DNA of 64,000 nucleotides, from positions 67,904-131,903 of the forward strand of contig NIVC01000417.1 in assembly GCA_002269645.1 (NCBI GenBank). Direction: 5' to 3'. The notes below the pieces were generated by a model. It was given only the letters and a program-made list of their open reading frames with translations, ran no database searches and was not told the origin of the DNA. The position numbers and the translations under genes were made by a program. This document shows, one piece after another, positions 12,901 to 23,433 of the stretch. Source of the DNA: Macrostomum lignano (taxonomy: Eukaryota). The stretch's first letter is position 1; each line of letters opens with the position of its first letter.

Positions 12901-15900
12901 TCCTGCAGCTGGCCAAGACCCAGACAGTACAGACCTTCGTTTGCTCCTAAAAGCAGCAGCGGGTCGCCACCAGCCGTAGTCCACTTAGCCGTGTCGTTGA
13001 TCTTCAACGGGCAGGACTCGAAAAGCAGCTGAAGACCGCCGGGGATCTTCACGAAAGCTCCGGCATTATCAAGCAGGCTCTCCTGACTGCCGAACACTCG
13101 ACGGCGCTGCTGCTGCTGATTGGGCCCTCGCAGCAGATGCTGGCTGATGAGGTGACTCGAGCTGACTGCGGTCGCTGCTGCGCCTCCGACGCTGGCGCTG
13201 CCGCGTCGACGTTCTCCAGCTTTCGCTGCCGCGGCCACCGCTGCCGCCGAAGCTGCTGCATCTTCAGCGGCGACCGCTTCTGCAAAAGCTGGCGTGGAGA
13301 TCGGTCGGTGCAGCGGAGCCGGCGGCGGAGGCAGCGGCGTCTGCGGATGCACACGCGGCGGCTGGCTGGGACGGGGCGGTGGTTGCTGTTGCTGCTTCTG
13401 TCGCGAGTCTGATGATGAAGCCGAGGATCTGCAATTTTTTTCATTTATTGTTTTCTTCTAGAGATTGCAGTAATTACAGTGATAAAAAATTGGTCACTGC
13501 GGTGATACTCATTTTCCAAGAAACTGATCATTGCGGTAATACTTATTTTCCAAGAAACTGATCATTGCGGTGATACTCATTTTCCAAGAAACTGATCATT
13601 GCGGTAGTACTTATTTTCCAAGAAACTGATCATTGCGGTAGTACTCATTTTCCAAGAAACTGATCATTGCGGTAATACTCATTTTCCAAGAAACTGATCA
13701 TTGCGGTAATACTCATTTTCCAAGAAACTGATCATTGCGTTAATACTCATTTTCCAAGAAACTGGTCATTGTGGTAATACTCATTTTCCAAGAAACTGAT
13801 CATTGCGGCAATACTCATTTTCCAAGAAACTGATCATTGCGGCAATACTCATTTTCCAAGAAACTGATCATTGCATTAATATTCGTTTTCTAAGAAACTT
13901 ATTACTGTGGTAATACTTATTTTCCAAGAAACTGATCATTGCGTTAATATTCGTTTTCTAAGAAACTTATTACTGTGGTAATACTTATTTTCCAAGAAAC
14001 TGATCATTGCGGTAATACTCATTTTCCAAGAAACTGATCATTGCGGTAATACTCATTTTCCAAGAAACTGGTCATTGCGGTAATACTCATTTTCCAAGAA
14101 ACTGGTCATTGTGGTAATACTCATTTTCCAAGAAACTGATCATTGCGTTAATATTCGTTTTCTAAGAAACTTATTATTGTGGTAATACTTATTTTCCAAG
14201 AAACTGATCATTGCGGTGATACTCATTTTCCAAGAAACTGATCATTGCGTTAATATTCGTTTTCTAAGAAACTTATTATTGCGGTAATACTTATTTTCTA
14301 AGAAACTGATCATTGCGGTGATACTCATTTTCCAAGAAACTGATCATTGCGGTAATACTCATTTTCCAAGAAACTGATCACTGCGTTAATACTCATTTTC
14401 CAAGAAACTGATCATTGCGGTAATACTTATTTTCCAAGAAACTGATCATTGCGGTGATACTCATTTTCCAAGAAACTGATCATTGCGGTAGTACTTATTT
14501 TCCAAGAAACTGATCATTGCGGTAGTACTCATTTTCCAAGAAACTGATCATTGCGGTAATACTCATTTTCCAAGAAACTGATCATTGCGGTAATACTCAT
14601 TTTCCAAGAAACTGATCATTGCGTTAATACTCATTTTCCAAGAAACTGGTCATTGTGGTAATACTCATTTTCCAAGAAACTGATCATTGCGGCAATACTC
14701 ATTTTCCAAGAAACTGATCATTGCGGCAATACTCATTTTCCAAGAAACTGATCATTGCATTAATATTCGTTTTCTAAGAAACTTATTACTGTGGTAATAC
14801 TTATTTTCCAAGAAACTGATCATTGCGTTAATATTCGTTTTCTAAGAAACTTATTACTGTGGTAATACTTATTTTCCAAGAAACTGATCATTGCGGTAAT
14901 ACTCATTTTCCAAGAAACTGATCATTGCGGTAATACTCATTTTCCAAGAAACTGGTCATTGCGGTAATACTCATTTTCCAAGAAACTGGTCATTGTGGTA
15001 ATACTCATTTTCCAAGAAACTGATCATTGCGTTAATATTCGTTTTCTAAGAAACTTATTATTGTGGTAATACTTATTTTCCAAGAAACTGATCATTGCGG
15101 TGATACTCATTTTCCAAGAAACTGATCATTGCGTTAATATTCGTTTTCTAAGAAACTTATTATTGCGGTAATACTTATTTTCTAAGAAACTGATCATTGC
15201 GGTGATACTCATTTTCCAAGAAACTGATCATTGCGGTAATACTCATTTTCCAAGAAACTGATCACTGCGTTAATACTCATTTTCCAAGAAACTGATCATT
15301 GCGGTAATACACATTTTCCAAGAAACTGATCATTGCGGTAATACTCATTTTCCAAGAAACTGATCATTGCGACAATTTTTTTATTTTCCAAGGAACTGCT
15401 CAGTGTGGCAATACTCATTTTCCAAGAAACTGATCATTTCGGCAATACTCATTTTCCAAGAAACTGATCATTTTGTTTTTGATTTCTTCTAAGAAAGTGA
15501 TAAATGATGACGATTTTAAACCGCCGTTTAATTAATCTCCTGAAAACTAATTTAAAGAATCTTCTTGCCAAGCAAGCGGGGCTTACTCGATATCCACCAT
15601 GCCAGAGCTAGACGCCCACAACAGGCCGTAGACACCGTCGTCGCCTTCCAGCAGCTCGGCGGTCAACTCGACGTCGGCTTCTTTGTCATTGTCGTCGTTA
15701 TTGTCAACGTCATCAACGGCAGCGTCGCCAGAAGACACGGACGATGAGGACGCAGAAAAAAGAGGCGAGAGGCGACCCCCTGGAGTGGCTGGGAGCGGCT
15801 GCTGCTGCTGCTGTTGCACTGAAGCCGCAGAAATTTGAGAGACGGGCCGGTCAGGCCGCTCTACTGGTAGGGGAGTTCGGGGAGGTCCGCGGGGCGGTGG

Positions 15901-16281
15901 CACTGCGGGACGCTCGCGTTGCTGTTGCTGCTGTTGCTGCTGTTGTTGCTGTTGCTGCTGCTGTTGTTGTTGTTGTTGCTGTTGTTGTTGTTGTTGTTGC
16001 TGCTGTTGCTGCTGTTGTTGTTTTTGTTGCTGCTGTTGTTGTTGTTGCTGCTGTTGTTGCTGCTGTTGCTGCTGCTGTTGCTTCTGACGTCCCTGCTGTG
16101 GTTGTTGCTGAGATTCGGGCAAAACTCCACCAGCTCTGAAAGGATAGTTTAGCAACTGCATGTCTTAGTGTCTCCTTGCACTAGCTCTTGCAGCAGTGGC
16201 TGCTGACTGTCTCTGTCATCTGCTGCCAAGTGTATTAGTGTCTGTCTTATTGTCTGTCTGTCTGCCTGTCTGCCTGCCTGC

Positions 16282-16314
<33 letters not shown>

Positions 16315-16335
16315 GCCTGTCTGTCTATCTATATA

Positions 16336-16370
<35 letters not shown>

Positions 16371-19300
16371 GCCTGTCTGTCTATCTATATATCTGTCTGT
16401 CTGTCCCACTTATTCGGGTCCACTGCAAACGCACCTGCTAGCCTTGAGCAGCTGCTCAAAGCTGCTGTGCTGCTTGCGGCAGGCCTCCTGGAACAGCCTG
16501 AGCAGCGCCACAGTGAGATGCTCGCCCAGCGCCGGACTGACTAAAAACTGGTGGCTGAGCAGCTCACTAGCGGCCGGTCGATTTCGCGGATTCATTCGCA
16601 GAGTGGCCTTGAGAAAGTCGTGAAAAGCGCCGGACCAGGCCGCTTTGTCTCGCAGCTTTGCCGGCTTAAACCGGCTGGTGGTCATGTACTGCAGCGCCTT
16701 CAGCGGCTGCATGTTGAACAGGGGCGGCTCCAGTTCGGCCAGCTCGATGGCGGTGATGCCCACCGACCAGATGTCGCAGCGCTCGTCGTAGCCGCCTTTG
16801 CGCTTCACGTCGGCGATCTGTCGAGTCAAAGGGGGAGGGGGCGATGGAGGGCGATTCTTGTTGGGGTAAGAGGCGATTCTTGTTGGGGTACGGGGCGATT
16901 CTTATTGGGGTAAGGGGCGATTCTCATTGGGGTAAGGGGCGATTCTCATTGGGGTAAGGGGCGATTCTTATTGGGGTAAGGGGCGATTCTTATTGGGGTA
17001 AGGGGCGATTCTCATTGGGATAAGGGGCGATTCTTATTGGGGTAAGGGGCGATTTTTAATTGTGGTAAAGGGTGATTCTTCATGGGGAGTAATGGGTTAT
17101 TCCTATTGGGGGTAAGGGGCGATTCTTGTGAGTAGAGGGGCAAGCAATTATCGAAACTGATGCGGATTAGGTGTGTGTGTTCGAACCCCAGTCTGACCTC
17201 AGGCGCCATCCAGTAAGGCGTGCCAATGAAGGACATTCTCTTGCCCAGAGTCTCAGTAATCTGAGCTGAAATGCCAAAGTCGGCCAGCTTAACTCGGCCC
17301 TCGGTGGTTAACAAAATGTTGGCGCCCTTGACATCGCGGTGGATCTGGTGCTTGGAGTGCATGTGCATCAGGCCGCGAACCACCTCGCGGGAGATGAACG
17401 CGATGGAGGCCTCGTCCAGGGGCCGGTGAGTGGTGGTGTAGATGTCCTGATATATACGGGAAGGCGAGGTTAGACCTTTTGAGAGTACTTGTGCAAAAAT
17501 CTCGCGCCGGGGAGAACATGAATTTTAAAACATCAAAAATTAAACAATACTTAATCAAAATCTAATAGAATTAACGAGGGGAAGAATCTTGCTGTGATAT
17601 CAGGATGAATCATAATCTTATCACAGACCAGGGGTCGGCAAACTTTTTTACCTCAATTACCTGATAGAAAACCTAAAGCATGACTGCGGGCCGAAGGAGG
17701 GGAGAGAGGAGAGGGAATAGAGAAGAGAGATGCGAGGGAATAAAGGAGAGACGAGAGGAGAGACAGGAGAAACGAGAGAGGAGAGAGGGAGATGGGAGAG
17801 AGAGAGAGGAGAGAGGAGGGAGAGAGGAGAGGAAAGGAGAGAAGAGAAGAGAGAGGAGAAAAGAGAGAAGAGAGAAGAGAGAGGATAAAAGAGAGAAGAG
17901 AGAAGAGAGAGGAGAAAAGAGAGAAGAGAGAAGAGAGGGGAGAAAAGAGAGAAGAGAGAAGGGAGAAGAGAGAGAAAAGAAAGAAGAGAGAAGAGAGAGG
18001 AGAAAAGAGAGACGAGAGAGGAGAGAGGAGAAAAGAAAGAAGAGAGAAGAGAGAGGAGAAAAGAAAGAAGAGAGAAGAGAGAGAGGAGAAAAGAGATAAG
18101 ATAGAAGAGAGGAGAAAAGAAAGAAGAGAGAGGAGAGAGGAGAAAAGAAAAAAGAGAGAAGAGAGAGGAGAAAAAAAGAAGAGAGAAGAGAGAGGAGAAG
18201 AGAGAGACGAGAGAGGAGAGGAGAGGAAAGGAAAGGAGAGAAGAGAAGAGAGGAGATACAAGAGCGCTGAGAAGAGATATAAACATTGAGCGGGCCGGAT
18301 TGCTTTTGTGAAGCTGCACAAAGGACCCGAGGGCCGGATACAGAAGCTTTGCAGGCCGCATGTGGCCACGAGGGCCGGAGTTTGCTGACCCCTGGCCTAG
18401 ACCCAGAGTACATGTGTGATTAGGATCGAAATCTCACTGTAGACGGCGAAAGTGCCAAAGAATGAACAGCTGCATTACAATAATTACCTGAAGCGACTTG
18501 CCTCCACAGTACTCCATGGCCAGCCACAGGTTGAGATGGTTGAGCATTCTGTTCTCAGTGAGGTAAGCGCCAAAGAATTCAACAATGTTGGCATGACGAC
18601 AGTCGCGCAGCACATGTAGCTCAGTTAAGATGCTTTTCAGATCATCTTTGGGGTCAATTTTGACGCACTTTAATGCAGCATACTGACCAGTGACTCGGTT
18701 CTTGGCCTAGATAAATAAAAGTGCATTTAGGGAAAACAAAAGTTTACTAAATAGTATATTCAAGGCCCAATTTGGTAAAACATAATTAATTTTAGAAAAG
18801 TTTTACGATATTGTCTTAATCCTGGCTGTATTTCACATATATTAGACTGGAAATTTTTTAAGTGGCTTGCTAACTTTTTGCTATAAACAAAAGAAACAAC
18901 AAACTGCAATACAAACTAATGTAAACTAAATTTTAAAGTACAATATGCTCTAGGTTTTTTGTGCAAAAATGCCTGCCATCAGGCCCCGCAGCAACTGATT
19001 TTTTTACTTTACCGCACTAGGGTCAAATTCCCGCAGATTCCTAATGTAGCGCATAAATGATAAACAAATTAAAACCAAGATAAAGTGCAACAGCCAAGAC
19101 TTGTGGAGTTCAACCATAGAATCATACAAGGCATAAACCTGTATGCCTCCGCTTTGGAAAAGCTGCTCAAAGCGCTCCATAGTGACGCTGCAGTTATTGA
19201 CCAGCAGAAGAAGTGGCTTAAGAAGTGGGTCTCGCAGTGTTGCTTGAATTCGAGCTGCACGGTCTTTCTCACCAGTGAGCTTGTCGCCATGTTTGTCAAA

Positions 19301-22236
19301 GAAGGTTTTCAGCAAATCGAACTGAACCAGGATTTGCCTTACAATTGGAGCAAGCTGCAACCACCTAGTCTCGACAGGCCGCAGAAACTTCAACTTCTCG
19401 ACTTTTAACAAATTAGCTAGCTGGTCGTAATTTTTTCCATTGGAGCACTGTAGCGAAGAAGGCTGAACAGATCAGAAGCAAATCCTTCAAGATTGCAGTT
19501 AAGCGAATTAATGGCTTTCCTCCAGGCATTGTGAACATGGTGAAGGCTGCATCCTCCAATGTCCAGCTGAACTGCACCCTGATCCTGGACCCGTTTTACA
19601 GCACCAGCCCTTGAACCGCGCATTGTGGCACAGCTGTCTGATATAAGGGAAACACAGTTGCTCATCTTTCCACCATGTTTGTCCACACATTTTGTTGATC
19701 GATTCTGCAACTGTTTTTGCATCTGTTGCATGGATAGTAGGCAGGCCTAGCAAAACCATTCGAATCTCCCAACCATCAAGACAGCAGATAACCACCTCTA
19801 GGCAACTTTGCCCCTTGTTGGCGTAATCAACAAGCAACAAAAATTTGGTCTCAATCATGATGAGCTTGCATAGCTGTCGGTTTAGATAGATGTGAATACC
19901 ATCTGTCAAGAGGTACGAAACTTTTCTGGGAGAAAGCTTCATGTTTTCCGGAACAGTAGAATTGGGCAACATTCTTTTAAAAAGTTTTGCAATGTGGGAC
20001 TTACTTTCAAATGTCTCATTTCTCTTGACAGTGCGAAGAACCCACAAAATCCCAAGTTCAATCATACAACAAAATGGGAAAACTTGACTTCATTAGGTTT
20101 ATTTTACAATTCCCACGGATAGAAATAGAAAAAACTCTACTTTCCTACTTCTCCGCACTGATGCCCAGAATTCCCACAGATTTGGGAATTCCTACAGTGC
20201 CCAGAATTTGGACCCATAGTGCCAAAATGGCACCACAAATCTTTAGGCCTAGTGCCAAAAAATTAATGCATTTTATGATATAGTAAAGATGCAATCATTG
20301 AAGTAAAGTATGTGTAGCTGCATAGATATTGTCTCATTTTAACTCTTATATATAAAAAAAGTTAAATTGGTCTAACAATTATTTTAATTTTTTCCAGAAA
20401 TTTTCAGGGTTACTAATGAGAATTTAAAAAAATTAGCATTGAATGGTTAAACTAAAAATTTTGATGAGTGCCAATTTGTAATCTTGATTTCTGATTTTGC
20501 ACCCTGATTTTGGACCCAAAGTGCCAAATAAAACCACAATTTGACAAAAAACTTTTCAAATAAAAGGCATTTGAAGCAAAAAATATTTTTTCCTAGTTTT
20601 TTACTTTCGTGCCAAATTCTATTTTTTTATTTATAGGCACCAAATAGCAAACTGGGGGATATAAATGTTGAGTATGAAAAAGCACAGACATAAAAAAGCA
20701 TGAATACCTATTCCTAGACCTAGATATATTATAAATTTATAAAAACATTGTTTATTAGTATAGGCTTAATTCAAGTTTAACCTCAACAAGTTACACATTA
20801 TATGTTGGCATGTGATAGGTTCTAACCTCTAGATTAAATAGTATATGCCCAAAAATTTGGGTTTATATAGGCCTTACATGACAAAAGTTAGGCATGCATA
20901 GTTGGTGCGCATTACCCCTAAGAAAATAGTGTACATGCACACTTGGCATGCACTTTATAGAATCACATAAAAGAATTAGTATTAAGTGGAAAAAAGATTA
21001 AAAAGTAGATTTTTAAGTACAAATTTCAAGCTATCCAGTTTTTTAAGCTTATAATTAGGCATTTAAACAAATGTTTATGCATATCAATTTTTTGCTATAA
21101 ATAGTATAAACAAGAAAGATAAATAATCAACCAAATTATCAGCCAAAAAAGGTCTTTTATGTAAGGCAAAAAAGGTAATTTATTGTTGTAACACTAGCCT
21201 AGATTTGAGAGTATAGTTGAGCCTTCAATTTTTTTTGGCATACATTTGTAACTATTCAATTTTTGTTTGGGTGGGCACCTAGCATGATCTGGACTATGGG
21301 ATAGGCTATTATAATCTACCCCTCCTCCCTATATGGCTACATAGCATTTTAAAGAACTTAACACTTATTTGCTAATAAATTTTATAATGTAAAACTGACT
21401 AGCCTAGGCTAGGGGTATAATACAAAATTGGCTAAATGTTCTAAATGTCTAAATAGATAAGAATAAGCATAGGACTATATATTTTCTGATTTCTTATTGG
21501 TCATAATTGGTATTAGGAAATTTTAGGAAGATTTTAAAGTTTTAAGAAGATAGATACTATAATAGGACTATATTAGGCCAAACCAAACAATAACATTCTT
21601 TTCAGCTTTTATTATTAGGTATTTGTCTACTAAATAAAGCAAGCAGCCTAGCACAAAATCAAAACCTTTAGTGCTTATAGCATTCTAAGTTTTTTGTCAA
21701 TATTAGGCCTAGGCCTAGTAGGGCCTAATGAATTTTTAATAAACAAATAGACATTGATTACTTGATGTAAAAGTTATTTTAGATAGTATCATTATTGAAT
21801 GAATTGGCAGTAAAACGGAAAAGGTTCAAGCTTTTATATTAGTTATATATATTTTTTTGTTTCAAATATTTTTTGTATCAATTCTGACAATAGTTGTGAA
21901 TATGATTAAATAAACATAATACTTAATATAACAATAGCTATTAGGTTGAAAATAATTGGTAGAAAGAGTAGATATAATAGAGATTCAATTTTGAGGCCAC
22001 CTTGGTCTTATATCTAAAGTCTATAGGCCTAGGCCAGGGAGGTATTAATATTAAATTCCTAACATTAAAATACATAGCTCACTTACCTTGAAAACTCGAC
22101 CATATGTACCACTTCCAATTTCTCTAATGTTAATATAGAACTCCCATGGGTCTGAAACTTTAATAATGCTAAGCAACTGTGGATGCTTCTCAAATATTGC
22201 CTGTCTTGAGCAGTCTATATGATCGCCGAGAGGCAT
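9812..22236 (-). CDS. MAP4K3: GCK-I family STE20 kinase (MAP4K3/MAP4K5, happyhour-like), 8 exons, 1012 aa, kinase + polyQ/Pro-rich linker + CNH domain
   Basis: complement(join(22087-22236,18488-18706,17198-17446,16435-16817,15587-16135,12774-13428,11643-12293,9812-9994)) = 3039 nt; all introns GT-AG with consistent phases. Motifs [35 protein letters not shown]; CNH motifs KVPGTKGC and FYKHGYQ. Symbol is family-level: MAP4K3 vs MAP4K5 cannot be resolved. Confidence 0.93.
10057..10361 (-). mobile_element. tRNA-derived SINE, family B (CORE-like central domain)
   Basis: Reverse-complement copy of 33609-33920; tRNA-like head, TTCAGTTCACCCAGCTGTAAAATGGG core, (TTA)-type tail. Confidence 0.85.
10370..11627. 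repeat. 26-bp minisatellite ATATACTACTCAACATATACTACTAG, ~45 copies (MAP4K intron 7)
   Basis: Unit made of 14+12-bp related halves; degenerate at left, homogeneous at right. Confidence 0.97.
11643..12293 (-). CDS. MAP4K3: MAP4K exon 7 (CNH domain)
   Basis: 651 nt, phase 0/0; [11 protein letters not shown]...KVPGTKGC...[10 protein letters not shown] then GTGCGT. Confidence 0.9.
12355..12735. repeat. Composite 54-bp and 16-bp repeats (MAP4K intron 6)
   Basis: CTGAGCTGTCAATCATCTCAGCTACAGTTATCAATCACCAGAGCTATCAACAAT x~3, then (CTGAGCTATCAATCAC)n. Confidence 0.9.
12774..13428 (-). CDS. MAP4K3: MAP4K exon 6 (linker + start of CNH)
   Basis: 655 nt, phase 2/0; [32 protein letters not shown]. Confidence 0.9.
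13485..15472. repeat. 34-bp minisatellite AAGAAACTGATCATTGCGGTAATACTCATTTTCC, ~58 copies (MAP4K intron 5)
   Basis: Direct reading; internal 884-bp block duplication. Confidence 0.97.
15587..16135 (-). CDS. MAP4K3: MAP4K exon 5 (polyQ, Pro-rich, acidic linker)
   Basis: 549 nt, phase 2/2; TTTCAG acceptor and GTAAGC donor; contains PAVPPPR. Confidence 0.85.
16250..16405. repeat. (TCTG)n/(TCTA) microsatellite (MAP4K intron 4)
   Basis: Direct reading. Confidence 0.95.
16435..16817 (-). CDS. MAP4K3: MAP4K exon 4 (kinase C-lobe)
   Basis: [32 protein letters not shown]...NPRNRP; phase 0/2. Confidence 0.95.
16851..17130. repeat. 22-bp minisatellite GATTCTTATTGGGGTAAGGGGC, ~12 copies (MAP4K intron 3)
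   Basis: Direct reading. Confidence 0.93.
17198..17446 (-). CDS. MAP4K3: MAP4K exon 3 (HRD, DFG, APE)
   Basis: 249 nt; DIY...[11 protein letters not shown]...ADFG...GTPYWMAPE. Confidence 0.96.
17629..18394. mobile_element. hAT (Charlie-like) MITE with ~575-bp AG tract, copy 3 (MAP4K intron 2)
   Basis: 16-bp TIRs CAGGGGTCGGCAAACT / AGTTTGCTGACCCCTG; subterminal GGGCCG motifs; flanks TCACAGAC / GCCTAGAC (5/8 match). Confidence 0.85.
18488..18706 (-). CDS. MAP4K3: MAP4K exon 2 (kinase N-lobe); absent from the ORF track
   Basis: 219 nt; [16 protein letters not shown]...[11 protein letters not shown]...[14 protein letters not shown] then GTAATT. Confidence 0.93.
19004..20070 (-). pseudogene. 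Frameshifted hAT-family transposase remnant (MAP4K intron 1)
   Basis: Three consecutive frames give [10 protein letters not shown] (catalytic-Asp region), [10 protein letters not shown] (CxxH) and VETRWL (TRW); at least two frameshifts. Confidence 0.75.
22087..22236 (-). CDS. MAP4K3: MAP4K first coding exon (G-loop)
   Basis: ATG at 22236; [22 protein letters not shown] then GTAAGT. Confidence 0.88.
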
Positions 22237-23433
22237 GATGATGCCAAAAATTAGGCTCTGAATATTGGCTGATTAGGTCTATCTCATTGATCAACAAATA
22301 CTACTAACGTAGAATTCAGCAGGAATCAAAGCTTTTTATCCAGGCCTAGGCTAACAAGTGGGCGGGGCATGGGGCAGTAGAATTATTTCATTTTGATTTG
22401 ATTGAGGTTGTAAAGATTCAACGAATTTTAGAAAAAGCAGGCATGCATTAACTTCGTACAAGTTTAATCAAGTTTAATCAAGTTCAATTGATTACTTAGG
22501 TTACGTCAGGCAAAAAACAATTCGACCTACACCACCTTCAAAGGCTCAACAGCCAGACTGAGGCTTAAAAATTTGTAAATTCAGTCAAAATTAAAAAATT
22601 GTTGACACTTCTAAACAAATTTTAAGTAAAAATATCAATAAATTAATAAAAAATTATCGTTGGTTATTCATTTATATGTATATAAATAGAACAGACAAAA
22701 TATGAAGCGCTTTAAAAAGTTATGAGTAACTTTTGATATATGAGGCTACTTTATTCATCGCTGGCCATTTATGGTCAACAATTCATTTCAAATTATTTTT
22801 TAGGTTTGCGTTTTCTGCGGACATTTAAAGGTTATTAAATGTAACGGAACTAAATTTTGGTAGTTTTATTTATATATTCTAATATTTTTATTAGAAAAGA
22901 AGTTGCGTACATATGTGTACATACTTTATATAAATGTCTTTTTATTGAATTATGTACGTTTATTACATATAGTTAGTACACATTTACAGATATCTATACA
23001 AGTGTGTTAATGAATACACCGTACCACTGTGGATAAACCGATGCTGGACTATCGTGGTCGCAGACCGTCAAATCTCTAGTTATTGTACGGTGTATAGTGA
23101 ACGAGCCTTTACACATGTACATGTACTTAGCTCGTACAGCTGTATACAGCTCTTTTACACATGCAAGTGCTGACTTCCCGTACAGCAATCCGACGTCGCA
23201 GCGACGTCGGCCAACATGCATTCCCGACGTCTATAATTGACGTTTATGACAAATATGCACTTTTACATTACATTGACGGCCCTAATTAAGTGCAGTGCAG
23301 TCACATCAATCCCATAAGAATCTCCGCTTGGGTCTGCATGTTCGCGCAATTAACGCCCTTGAGGGCCAACCCCCCCCCCAAGCAGTGTTGCGCACGATAC
23401 TGATGAGGACGCACCTTTTTTTCAATCTTAGAA

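Noticed and set aside
3961-15472. CRISPR-like appearance of 26-34-bp repeats
   Set aside because: Units are head-to-tail with no unique spacers, no cas genes, eukaryotic context.
11652-16152. Plus-strand ORFs opposite MAP4K exons
   Set aside because: Antisense shadows of GC-rich coding sequence.
5864-18413. Leu/Ser/Phe- or Arg/Glu-rich ORFs at 5864, 9092 and 17653-18413
   Set aside because: They derive from AG tracts inside MITEs.
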